Assembly: GCA_023450535.1 (NCBI GenBank)
Contig: JAEXGX010000224.1
Span: 1-44,190, forward strand
DNA length: 44,190 nucleotides
DNA from: Pseudomonadota bacterium
GTDB taxonomy: Bacteria; Desulfobacterota; Desulfovibrionia; Desulfovibrionales; Desulfovibrionaceae
Reading direction: 5' to 3'
Shown here: positions 9,392 to 18,665 of the stretch, piece after piece
Layout of the letters: each line of letters begins with the position of its first letter
Position numbering within the stretch: the stretch's first letter is position 1
Notes under the pieces: model-generated
The model's database searches: none
Seen by the model: the letters and a program-made list of their open reading frames with translations, nothing else
Told to the model about the DNA's origin: nothing
Translations under genes and position numbers: made by a program

Positions 9392-10144
9392 CTATGTCTC
9401 CGTGCAGTCGGCAATAAACATGTAGCCCACATGGCGCACTGTGCGGATATAGGTTTTCTCCGCATCGTTGTCGCCCAGTACGCCACGCAAGCGCGAGATA
9501 TGAGCGTCCAGACGGTGCTGTGAGGATTCCCCCGCGCCTCCGCTTTCCAACAGATCCAGCAGGGTATCCCGCTCTACAACCTCATGGGGATGAAGGAGCA
9601 GAAAATGCAGGATGACATATTGGGAATGGCTGAGATTGTACGCCAGACCGTTTTTGTCCAACAGCAGGCGGGCTTTGGTATCCAGTATCCATTCGCCAAA
9701 GGAGAACCGCCCCGTGGCCGCCAGGGGGATATTGCGCGCATTTTCCAGTGCGTTTTCCCATATTGGTTCCCTGCGGATGCGGCGCATGAGCCGATTGATA
9801 CGCGCCAGGAGTTCGCGGCTGGAAAAGGGTTTGACGAGATAGTCGTCCGCGCCCATTTCCAGCCCCAGCACGATGTCCGCCTCTTCGCCCAGTGCGGTGA
9901 TGAAAATAATAGGTATATCAGACGATTCCCGGATTTTCCGGCACAAAGCAAGGCCACTGGAGCCGCCCAACATGATGTCCAGAAGCAGAATATCGAACGT
10001 TTCCTGCTGTCTTGCGGCCTCAAATTCGCGAATGGTTGTGGCGAATTTTGCTTTCAAGCCGTAAGAGATCAGGTAGTCCGCTGTACATTCTGCCAATTCA
10101 CGATCGTCCTCCAGAATCAGTACGGAAATATTCAGATCCTCCAT
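9392..10144 (-). CDS. OmpR-family response regulator
   Basis: LEDD, LDIML, GADDYLVKPF, C-terminal wHTH IRTVRHVGY. Confidence 0.93.
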   Translation of the reverse strand: MEDLNISVLILEDDRELAECTADYLISYGLKAKFATTIREFEAARQQETFDILLLDIMLGGSSGLALCRKIRESSDIPIIFITALGEEADIVLGLEMGADDYLVKPFSSRELLARINRLMRRIRREPIWENALENARNIPLAATGRFSFGEWILDTKARLLLDKNGLAYNLSHSQYVILHFLLLHPHEVVERDTLLDLLESGGAGESSQHRLDAHISRLRGVLGDNDAEKTYIRTVRHVGYMFIADCTET

Positions 10145-10238
10145 TCATACTCCCTTTTGTGCCGCAACTGCACCAATGATGTTTTCATTATACGGGGCGT
10201 GATGCGGTAAATAAAGCGCCAGTTCAGGCCTGGAGGAA

Positions 10239-10303
10239 ATTAAGAGCTGATTAAGAGGCATGTGGCATATTGTGGGGAAGTTTTCTTCTGGCGTACGCGC
10301 TAA
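10239..10303 (+). promoter_or_regulatory. Promoter of the HhH-ASST genes with tandem response-regulator box
   Basis: ATTAAGAG-ctg-ATTAAGAG-N38-CGCGCTAA. Confidence 0.7.
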
Positions 10304-10376
10304 AAATGCCATGACGGCCCGTACCGCTTTTCCCGGAGTATCGGGCGGGTTCAACATCACAGAACAAGGAGTATTC

Positions 10377-10697
10377 ATGAAAATGCCGCTCTGCCTTGCG
10401 TTTGCCGCCGCGCTCTGTTTGCCCGCGCTTCCTGCCGGGGCCTTTCCTTTCAGCTTTAATAAGGCTACGCCGGAAATTATGGTTGAGGCCTGCCGGGATG
10501 ACGGCATCACTCTTTCCCCTGTACTTGCCCGGGCTGTAGTCGAATACCGCGAGGCCAACGGCCCCTTTAAAAATCCTGAAGATGTGCTCAAGGTGCCCGG
10601 GATGTCCGAACTCATGTATCAGCAACTCAATCCTCTTGCTGAATCCGGGGATGTGCGCTTCAACATGACCGATGTGCCGGGCATGGCGACTTATTGA
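10377..10697 (+). CDS. Exported helix-hairpin-helix (ComEA-like) protein
   Basis: AAGGAG RBS, signal peptide ending AGA, NKAT...LARAVVEYREANGPFKNPEDVLKVPGM. Confidence 0.8.
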   Translation: MKMPLCLAFAAALCLPALPAGAFPFSFNKATPEIMVEACRDDGITLSPVLARAVVEYREANGPFKNPEDVLKVPGMSELMYQQLNPLAESGDVRFNMTDVPGMATY

Positions 10698-10699
10698 TT

Positions 10700-10890
10700 T
10701 AGAGCATGTTCATTTTGAAAATGCTCGTGGAGCCGAGTCCGGCGAGATTCCTCTCTGTTCTTTTTATCCGTAAGGGGTTTCACCCCAACGGCTAAAGGCG
10801 CCGCAACGCCCCCAATATCCGGGGCCGTGAAACTTGAGGGCCGGAACATCGTGGCCAGACCATGTATAATCTGAAAGTTAATCTGCTCTA
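10700..10890. mobile_element. MITE-like element with TAGAGCA terminal inverted repeats
   Basis: Starts TAGAGCATGTTCATTTTGA and ends TGAAAGTTAATCTGCTCTA; non-coding; diverged copy at 28905. Confidence 0.7.
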
Positions 10891-10910
10891 ACGTTGCCCA
10901 GGAGGAGAAT

Positions 10911-12245
10911 ATGCGCTTCACAACCTTCACTGCTATCCTTGCCTCTCTTGCGTTGCTGGGCGTGGGGAGCGCATTTGCCGCACCCCTGATTTACCCTACC
11001 GGAGTCACCCTGTATGATCCGGAAAAAGCCGCAAACGGCTATACGCTCATTGGCGGACACTGGGGGCCTTCCAATTCGGCAAATGCCTATGACATATTCA
11101 GGAAAGGCAAGAACGGAAAATGGGTTTCCCGATCGTCTGCGGAGCGGAAGCTGGTGGATATGAACGGCAATGTCGTTCATGTATGGAAGGATGCTCCGGG
11201 CGAGCGTTACCGCATCCTGCCCGATGGCAATCTGCTCACTCTGCATCAGGCTGCCAAAAAGATCGTGGAATACGACTGGGACGGCAATGTGGTCTGGGAA
11301 TACAAGACCAATCTCGGCCCGCATCATGACGTGCAGCGCCTGCCCAACGGCAACACGCTGATTCTGACTTTTGAGAATGTGCCAGTGGAAAGACTGGATA
11401 AGGTGAAGGATCACCATGATCAGTGGTTCGGCAAGATCCAGCGCAAGGGCAAGCTGATTATCGGTGACAGCATTATCGAAGTAACGCCGGAAAAAAAGAT
11501 AGTGTGGCAGTGGAACACATCAGACCATCTCGATCTGAATCGCTTCAACCCCATGTTACCGGTTTCTGACTGGACGCACGGCAATACTGTTTCCGTATTG
11601 CCGGAAAACAAATGGTACGACGCAGGCGACAAGCGTTTCAAGCCCGGCAATATTCTCTACAACCCCCGCCACTTTGACGAGGTGCATCTCATCAGCAAGG
11701 AGAGCGGTGAAGTGGTTTGGACCTGGAAGACCAAAAAGTTCGGCGGGCTGACCAATTCCCACGAGCCGAGCATGATCCCGAAAGGCATGCCGGGGGAAGG
11801 AAATATTCTGATCTACGACAACGGCCTTTTTCCCAAGAACAATTTTCATGCGGGTAAAACCGCGCTGCATGAATTCAATCCTTCTTCCGGCGAGGTGGTA
11901 TGGAGCTATATGACGACCATGCCGCTTCCCCGCTTCTTCTCCTCCATCATGAGTACAGTGGGCAAATTGCCCAACGGAAATGTGTTCTCTTCGGAAGATG
12001 CCTCCGGCCGGGTGATTCAGATTCGTCCTGACGCGGAACATCCCGAAGGTGGTGAAATCGTGTGGGAATATGTGCACACCGGCGGGGTGGACCGGCCTTT
12101 GTGGTATCCGTATGACTATTGCCCGCAGATGAAGGCGCTGCCCTCGCCCAAGGAAATGAAGGTTTCTCCGGTGGAGCCGGCTTCATGGAGCATTTTGCCG
12201 GATAAACTGCGCACGAAAGACAACTTTGTCAGGGTAAACAAGTAA
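10911..12245 (+). CDS. Periplasmic arylsulfotransferase (ASST) family protein
   Basis: Signal peptide, YPTGVTLYDPEKAANGYT, beta-propeller repeats (GNVVWEY), His motifs HHDVQRLPNGN, DWTHGN, SHEP. AGGAG RBS. Confidence 0.85.
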   Translation: MRFTTFTAILASLALLGVGSAFAAPLIYPTGVTLYDPEKAANGYTLIGGHWGPSNSANAYDIFRKGKNGKWVSRSSAERKLVDMNGNVVHVWKDAPGERYRILPDGNLLTLHQAAKKIVEYDWDGNVVWEYKTNLGPHHDVQRLPNGNTLILTFENVPVERLDKVKDHHDQWFGKIQRKGKLIIGDSIIEVTPEKKIVWQWNTSDHLDLNRFNPMLPVSDWTHGNTVSVLPENKWYDAGDKRFKPGNILYNPRHFDEVHLISKESGEVVWTWKTKKFGGLTNSHEPSMIPKGMPGEGNILIYDNGLFPKNNFHAGKTALHEFNPSSGEVVWSYMTTMPLPRFFSSIMSTVGKLPNGNVFSSEDASGRVIQIRPDAEHPEGGEIVWEYVHTGGVDRPLWYPYDYCPQMKALPSPKEMKVSPVEPASWSILPDKLRTKDNFVRVNK

Positions 12246-12247
12246 TA

Positions 12248-12402
12248 ATTGGGGGTGCAGGGCGTACTACCGCGTTGCTCTCTATGTTCCTTAGCCGCGA
12301 AGCGGCTAAGGAACATGACGGGCTTGTCCGTCATCCTTCGGATAGGTGCCAAAGGAAGTTTGAGGGGGCGAGAAGCCCCCTCAAGAACGTTATCAGCAGC
12401 CT
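12248..12402. repeat. Multi-hairpin REP-like repeat, copy A
   Basis: Shares GTGCAGGGC(G/A)TACTAC and AAGTTTGAGGGGGCGAGAAGCCCCCTCAAG with the inverted copy at 40741-40839; has a perfect 15-bp hairpin at 12284-12316. Confidence 0.8.
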
Positions 12403-12437
12403 CGTCTTTCTCTTTTGTTCAGGAAAGGCGGTGTTTT

Positions 12438-15400
12438 TTACAGCCAGTTGTCCAGAACGCGCATCAGATGTTCCAGGGATACAGGCTTTCCGATATGGTC
12501 GTTCATCCCGGCCTGCCGGGACGCTTGCACATCTTCCACAAAGGTATTGGCCGTCATGGCCACAATGGGAATGGACGCGGCGTCGGCCTTGCTCGAACTC
12601 CGGATAGCACGGGCAGCCTGATAGCCATCCATGATCGGCATCTGAATATCCATGAGCACCAGGGCATATGTTCCCGCTGGAGCGGAGAGGAAGGCTTCCA
12701 CGGCCTCCGAACCGTTGCACACGCTTTCTACCCTCGCTCCGGCATAGCTCAGAAGCTCTTCCGCTATTTCCCGGTTCAAGGCGTTATCTTCCGCCAGCAG
12801 AATAGTTTTGTCGGAAAAATCCTTGCGGGCCAGTTCTTCCATAGCGGATCTTGTAACAAGAGGGGCATGTTCCGCGATTTTGCGGAATAATCGGGTCAGT
12901 TTTGTGTGGAACAACGGCTTGCTGATGAACGCATCCGCTCCGGACTGAAGAGCCTTTTCTTCAAGGCCTGCCCAGTCATAGGCGGTCAGCACGATGATCG
13001 GAACGTCCGGCCCGACTTTGGAACGAATGCGACGTGTTGTCTCCATACCGTCCATGCCCGGCATTTTCCAGTCGAGAATGATGGCGAAATAGCCGTGCTG
13101 CGCGACACAGACGCGTTCCACAGCGTCCTGTCCGGAGAGTAGCAGTTCCGGATTCATGCCGAGTTCAGAAAGGATCTGGCAGGCATTTTCCCCGTCGCAT
13201 TTTTGGTCGTCCACCACCAGTACGGCTCGTCCGCGCAATTCTTCCAGCAGGCCGTCCCCGCTATCCCCGGGTACAGCAAGGTATACTGTCACCGTGAAAC
13301 GCGTTCCCCGGTTCGGAGCTGTGTTCACTTGCACAGTGCCGTTCATCATGCGTACGATGTTCTGGACAATGGTCATGCCCAGCCCTGTGCCTTCCACCGT
13401 GTTTACACGGGAATCTTCCGCTCGGGCAAAAGGCTCAAAGACGCGCGCGGCGAATTCTTCCGGCATACCGATGCCGTCGTCTTCAAAAACAAATACGAAA
13501 CAACCCCGCCCCTGGTATTCAGACTCCTTTTCCATGATGGACAAGCTGATGTGCCCCCCCTCCGGCGTGTATTTCACGGCGTTGGAAAGCACGTTCAGCA
13601 TGACCTGCTGGAGGCGGATGGGGTCGCCGATGATGTTTTCGTGGGTCAGTTTTCCGATGTGAACTTCAAGTTCATGTCTCTTATCCTGAATCTGGGGAGC
13701 TAGAATGGCGAGCACTTCCTGCGTCAGATCCGCGAGGTTGAAATTCTCTTCCGTCAGTTCCATTCTGCCGCTTTCGATCTTGCTCATATCCAGTACTTCG
13801 TTGATCAAAGAGAGCAGGTGGCGGCTGGCTGTGGTGAGCTTGGCGAGACAGTCCTTTACCTTGTCAGGGTCGTCGCTGTGCGCGCTGGCGATAGTTGTCA
13901 TGCCGATAATCGCGTTCATGGGGGTGCGGATGTCATGGCTCATGCGGGAAAGGAATTCGCTCTTGGCCGAGTTTGCCAGTTGCGCGGCGTGAAACGCTTC
14001 GCGCACGGCCTGTTGTTCGGCCAGATCGCGCATCCGCTCCTGCTGGATGTCGGTGAGGGCGATAATGGCATTCTCTTCCTGGCCTGCGCGTAAAGGCAGA
14101 ATGGCAATGAAACGGCACCAACGCCATTCTTCATTGATAAGACGGCGGCACTCTCTGGAAAGTTCCAGTTCTCCTTTTCCGATTTGCCGCCGCAATGCGT
14201 CGAGGCGGAAGTTTTCCCACAGGACTTCCCGGTCGTCCGGGTGAAAGACCTTGTCCAGCATGTGCCGGAAAATATCGTCGTACAGCAGATCCTGGCGCTG
14301 AAGCAGCGGCTGGTCGTCCTCCGAAGCCCGCAAATTCTGGTATGCGCCGCTGGAAATTCGAACTATGTGTACGGCCAGATAGTTCTGACTGAGGCCGGAG
14401 ATAATGCGGTAATAATTTTCCCGTCGGGCGCGCTCTTGCCGCAGTTCCTGCTCGTGCTCTTCCCGAATGCGGCGCTCCAGTTCTTTGCGTTCGGAAAAAT
14501 CCAGCAGAACGGCCTGATACACCCGGCTTGTTCCCTCTTCTGCCAGAGTAATGTGAAACCCGATCCACAAACTTGTACCGTCGGGCCGCTGAACAAGGCA
14601 TTCGTCCGCACAACTGCCGCCGGAAGAGTTCAGCCCCGCCACCTGCTGTTTCAACCGGGAGAGCGATTCCTGATCGAGGCGGGTGGACAGACCAGCAATG
14701 CCGCCCTCCCGAAGCTGGGTTTCATCCTGGTAACCCAGCATGGACAAGGCCAGGGGGTTGACCTCCAGGGCTACGTCTCCGTCCGGGGCGACGGTGCAGC
14801 GCAGCACGCCGCAGGGCATCAATTGGAAGATGCTGTCCAGAAGCTGTTTGCGGCGCAGAAGTTCCTCTCTCGCCTCGTGTTCGCGCGTGATGTCGAGCAG
14901 CAGGCTGTTAATGATGGTTTCTCCATCCGCATCCTGCGTCTTCCTGCCGCTGTCCATGACCCATTTCAGGCTGCCATCCTTGCAACGGACGCGATAAGTG
15001 GCAGTATACGTGGGGTTGTCGTTTTTGAAACTGACTTCGCATGCAGCCAGGGCGGAGGGGAGATCAGGCGGATAAACAGCGCCTACGGCGCCGCCTCCCG
15101 ACATGACCATAAATTCTTCCCGCGTGTATCCGAACAGCGCGGCAAGTTCGTCACTAACAAATTTGAAAGAATAAGTGGCGTCGTCCCAGCTTATTTTCAA
15201 TCCGCCGGGGATGGAATTCAGGATTACCTGGAGCTGGTTCCGGCGGTGTTCCAGCTCTTCCCTCAGCCCGCCCAGCTCTTTTTGCAGATAGCGGTAGCTT
15301 TCCTGCCCCATGGCAAAGGGAAAGTTCTCGCCATGCACCAATTCCTGATAGGGATTGGAATGATGAATCAGTACGAAGCGCAGTTCGCCGTCCCGCTCGC

Positions 15401-15743
15401 GGATGATCATGGAAGAGCGCTGTTGCGCGCGCAGCAGCATGCCCTGCTCGGGATTGGTAAACACGATATAGCGACCGTTGACCATGTAGGTGTCAGAACC
15501 GAGCCGGGTGGTATGATAGAACTCGTCTTCGATGTGGCATCCGGGCGGCATGATGCCGCCAAGTTCGTTTAAAAAGGCTGTTATGGCTTCTCTGCCCAGA
15601 AAGAACTGCTCGCTCCCCGCACCTATACCCACGGCGCCCGGCTCAAAAAGGCTTGGCAGATCAGAGAAATCATGGTCGACATAAATTTTTTTTGCGTAGT
15701 TCCGGGCGAAATTTTCCACCCGAAACATATCTTCATCGCACAT
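12438..15743 (-). CDS. Cytoplasmic hybrid histidine kinase (NTF2/SnoaL-like, PAS, HisKA, HATPase, two REC)
   Basis: FLSRMSHDIRTPMN, NAVKY, GTGLG, two receiver domains (LDWKMP, MDIQMP); no TM segment seen. Confidence 0.92.
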   Translation of the reverse strand: MCDEDMFRVENFARNYAKKIYVDHDFSDLPSLFEPGAVGIGAGSEQFFLGREAITAFLNELGGIMPPGCHIEDEFYHTTRLGSDTYMVNGRYIVFTNPEQGMLLRAQQRSSMIIRERDGELRFVLIHHSNPYQELVHGENFPFAMGQESYRYLQKELGGLREELEHRRNQLQVILNSIPGGLKISWDDATYSFKFVSDELAALFGYTREEFMVMSGGGAVGAVYPPDLPSALAACEVSFKNDNPTYTATYRVRCKDGSLKWVMDSGRKTQDADGETIINSLLLDITREHEAREELLRRKQLLDSIFQLMPCGVLRCTVAPDGDVALEVNPLALSMLGYQDETQLREGGIAGLSTRLDQESLSRLKQQVAGLNSSGGSCADECLVQRPDGTSLWIGFHITLAEEGTSRVYQAVLLDFSERKELERRIREEHEQELRQERARRENYYRIISGLSQNYLAVHIVRISSGAYQNLRASEDDQPLLQRQDLLYDDIFRHMLDKVFHPDDREVLWENFRLDALRRQIGKGELELSRECRRLINEEWRWCRFIAILPLRAGQEENAIIALTDIQQERMRDLAEQQAVREAFHAAQLANSAKSEFLSRMSHDIRTPMNAIIGMTTIASAHSDDPDKVKDCLAKLTTASRHLLSLINEVLDMSKIESGRMELTEENFNLADLTQEVLAILAPQIQDKRHELEVHIGKLTHENIIGDPIRLQQVMLNVLSNAVKYTPEGGHISLSIMEKESEYQGRGCFVFVFEDDGIGMPEEFAARVFEPFARAEDSRVNTVEGTGLGMTIVQNIVRMMNGTVQVNTAPNRGTRFTVTVYLAVPGDSGDGLLEELRGRAVLVVDDQKCDGENACQILSELGMNPELLLSGQDAVERVCVAQHGYFAIILDWKMPGMDGMETTRRIRSKVGPDVPIIVLTAYDWAGLEEKALQSGADAFISKPLFHTKLTRLFRKIAEHAPLVTRSAMEELARKDFSDKTILLAEDNALNREIAEELLSYAGARVESVCNGSEAVEAFLSAPAGTYALVLMDIQMPIMDGYQAARAIRSSSKADAASIPIVAMTANTFVEDVQASRQAGMNDHIGKPVSLEHLMRVLDNWL

Positions 15744-16023
15744 GCGTATCCTTCCTGTGTGGGAAAATTACGCTGAGTATCTCCCAAACGGGCGGGGTTC
15801 GCAATATATATCCCTCCCCCCTAAAAGAGGAGGGTCCTGCGGGAAAGCATCTCCTTCGGGGTTCGGCATATGCGGGATTTACGCCGCCAGCGGCCCGGCT
15901 CCAAGAACACTCATCCAAAAAGTTCACCGGGCTGGAAGGCATGGAATTCGAGTTCAGCCTTGCAGTCTGTTTTTCTAGCGCATTTTGCGATTGAACGTAT
16001 CTGCCAGCCAGAACATCCTGTTC

Positions 16024-17523
16024 TCAGGTATTCCGCCGGAAGCTGATCCGGACAACAAGGCCGCCGTCCGGGGCGTTATCCAAAGTGATGTCTCCCCCGT
16101 GCTGGCGAATCATCGTTCGCACAATGGCCAGCCCCAGCCCGTTGCCGCCGGTATTTCTGTTGCGGGATGGTTCCAGGCGATAGAAGGGCTGGAAGACTTT
16201 TTCTCTATATTCTTCGGGGATGCCGGGGCCATGGTCTCGGATAATTACGGTAAGTTTGTCAGGCTTGTCCTCCACGTCTATTTCCACGCGGGCGGGAGAA
16301 CCGTCCAGGCCGCCGTAACGCACGGCATTGTCCAGCACATTGTCCAGGCAGCGCTTGACGCTCAGCGGCCTTGCCTGCAAAGGGGCGAGAGCTTCCAGTT
16401 TGCCCGGGTCAACGATGCTCACGTTCTGCCCCATGTCCTGCCGGTCTTCTTCCAGGCTTTCCAGCAGTGCGGCCATGTCCAGCGGGGCCTGCTCTTCGGA
16501 GGAACAACCTCTGGCCAGATCGATGGTCGTGTCCATGAGCCGTTGGAGTTCATTCATATCTTTCTGGAGTTGTTGACGGGTATTTTCGTCCAGGCACTCC
16601 ACCCTGAGCCGCATACGGGTGAGCGGGGTGCGCAGATCGTGGGAAACAGCAGCCAGAGTGCTTTCACGGTCAGCGATGAAATCCCGGATGCGGCGCTGCA
16701 TGCGGTTAAATGCCTTCGTTGCCTCGCGCACTTCACGCGGGCCGCACTCTTCCAGCGGCGGCGTGCCTGGGAGATCCCGGCCCAGCTTGTCCGCCGCTTC
16801 GGCCAGGCGGCGCAGGGGGCGGGCAATGAGCCAGAACGCCAGCACACTGATGCCCACAAAGAACAGCTCAACCAGAATAATGGCGGTGATGGGAAAGCTT
16901 GGCACCGCAGGAAGGTGGGAGATTTTGTCTGTAAACATGACCCATGTTCCATCCTCCAAAGGCATGGCGGCGGTTACCTCACAGGCTGTTCCTTCTTTTT
17001 TTGGCTTCATGCCCAGGGTACGGTATACGGAAGCCTTTATCCCCTTCCAGGCTGTGGGCATGCGGAGTGCGTGAATCGTGGCCAGAGCCGGACCATTGGG
17101 CGGGGTCTGAATTTCTCCTTCACGGCGTTGCAGCGCAATCTCAGGGTTGCGGATCTCCTCCAATTGGAGGTTGAGATACAAGCGCAAAAGCTGGCTGGCC
17201 TCGGCTTTGAATTCAGACGGTGGCGGGGGCAGTACCGGGGGGCCGGGAAAAAGTTCACCCTGCAATTTCAGGCGGCGTAGCAGTTCGGCGCGTTCTTCCT
17301 GCTTCACTGTTTCCAGCAGAAGTATAGAGTCAGTCATGCGCCGGGCGCAATCCGCCATGAAATTACGCAGAAAAAAATACTGCCGCGTATGATCGGCGAA
17401 AATGGAGCTGAACAACAGCAGGGCCAGAAAACCGGCAGAAAAAGTGAACACCAACTGCCCGACCAGGCTTTTGGGCATAAGAATGCAGCGCACGCGGTTC
17501 AGAAGGGCGGTAAGGCGGTTCAT
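16024..17523 (-). CDS. Membrane sensor histidine kinase (EnvZ-like)
   Basis: Two TM segments, HAMP, SHDLRTPL, NAVRYG, GGNGLGL; ATGA overlap with the response regulator gene. Confidence 0.92.
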   Translation of the reverse strand: MNRLTALLNRVRCILMPKSLVGQLVFTFSAGFLALLLFSSIFADHTRQYFFLRNFMADCARRMTDSILLLETVKQEERAELLRRLKLQGELFPGPPVLPPPPSEFKAEASQLLRLYLNLQLEEIRNPEIALQRREGEIQTPPNGPALATIHALRMPTAWKGIKASVYRTLGMKPKKEGTACEVTAAMPLEDGTWVMFTDKISHLPAVPSFPITAIILVELFFVGISVLAFWLIARPLRRLAEAADKLGRDLPGTPPLEECGPREVREATKAFNRMQRRIRDFIADRESTLAAVSHDLRTPLTRMRLRVECLDENTRQQLQKDMNELQRLMDTTIDLARGCSSEEQAPLDMAALLESLEEDRQDMGQNVSIVDPGKLEALAPLQARPLSVKRCLDNVLDNAVRYGGLDGSPARVEIDVEDKPDKLTVIIRDHGPGIPEEYREKVFQPFYRLEPSRNRNTGGNGLGLAIVRTMIRQHGGDITLDNAPDGGLVVRISFRRNT

Positions 17524-18347
17524 GCCCCGGCCTGCTCTGCGTCGGAGGGTGCGGCTATACCTTCTGGAGAGACATCGGCGGCAAAGACATAACCGTCGCC
17601 GCGCACGGTCTTGATCAGGCCGCCTTCGCGCCCCTTGTCTCGCAGGCGGGCGCGCAGACGGCAGATTTGCACGTCAAGGCTACGGTCAAAGGGACTGCGT
17701 TCCGCTTCGCGTCCCTGCCCTTGTTCCTGGAGCATTTCACGGCTCAGAACCTGGTGGGGATGTTCCAGCAGCAGTTGCAGCAGACGGAATTCCGCGCCGC
17801 TCAGATTGACCACCATGCCTTCGGGATCCCGCAGATGCCGCGCGATGAGGTCCAGCGTCCAGCCGTTGAAGCGGTATGCGCGGCATTGGGCTTGGGCTTC
17901 AACTTTGTCGACCTTGGGGGACGTGCTGTTTCCGGAACGGCGAAGCACGGCACGGATGCGAGCCAGCAGCTCGCGCGGCTCAAACGGCTTGACGACATAG
18001 TCGTCTGCGCCAAGTTCAAGACCTACCACTCTGTCAGTGGCCTCTCCCAGAGCAGTAAGAAAAATGACCGGCGTGTCGGGTTCGTTCGCGTCCTGGCTTT
18101 TGGCGCGCAGGGAACGGCACAGAGAGAGACCGTCTTCTCCGGGCATCATGATGTCCAGCACGAGCAGATCAAAGGAATTTTCGGCCAGTTTCTGGCGCAT
18201 TTCCGTGCCGTCTGCTGCGCTTTCCACGGTAAAACCATGTCTGCGGAGATAGTCGGCCAGCAGACTGCGAATATCGCTGTCATCGTCCACGACCAGAAGG
18301 TGAAATCCGTCGCCGTGTTCCGGCGCAAGGGAAGGAGTATCCGGCAT
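17520..18347 (-). CDS. OmpR-family response regulator
   Basis: VVDDD, LDIMMPGEDG, GADDYVVKPF, IKTVRGDGY; GAGGAG RBS. Confidence 0.93.
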   Translation of the reverse strand: MPDTPSLAPEHGDGFHLLVVDDDSDIRSLLADYLRRHGFTVESAADGTEMRQKLAENSFDLLVLDIMMPGEDGLSLCRSLRAKSQDANEPDTPVIFLTALGEATDRVVGLELGADDYVVKPFEPRELLARIRAVLRRSGNSTSPKVDKVEAQAQCRAYRFNGWTLDLIARHLRDPEGMVVNLSGAEFRLLQLLLEHPHQVLSREMLQEQGQGREAERSPFDRSLDVQICRLRARLRDKGREGGLIKTVRGDGYVFAADVSPEGIAAPSDAEQAGA

Positions 18348-18665
18348 GGCGTCTCCTCTTTTGCTGTATCGGGTTGAAAGCGGATGGGAGGGGCCGGACG
18401 CAAATGCCCGGTAGAGGAAGAATTATCATAGGGTATGACAGGACCGCTAGACCAGAAATGTAACAAATTCTGACTGCAGGTCTAGCGAAATTTCAGGAGA
18501 ATTTATGGTTGGCGGCGTGGGTTTCGTTTTTGTGGGGAATCTCTGCAAACGGTCTGCCTGTCATGGCCGGGCAGACTGGTTGACTCTCGCGCGGGCCGGG
18601 AGCTAGGTTACTGAAAAATTATTTTTATTTGATTTTACAAGAAGTTTTCCCGCAAGGATGACGGC

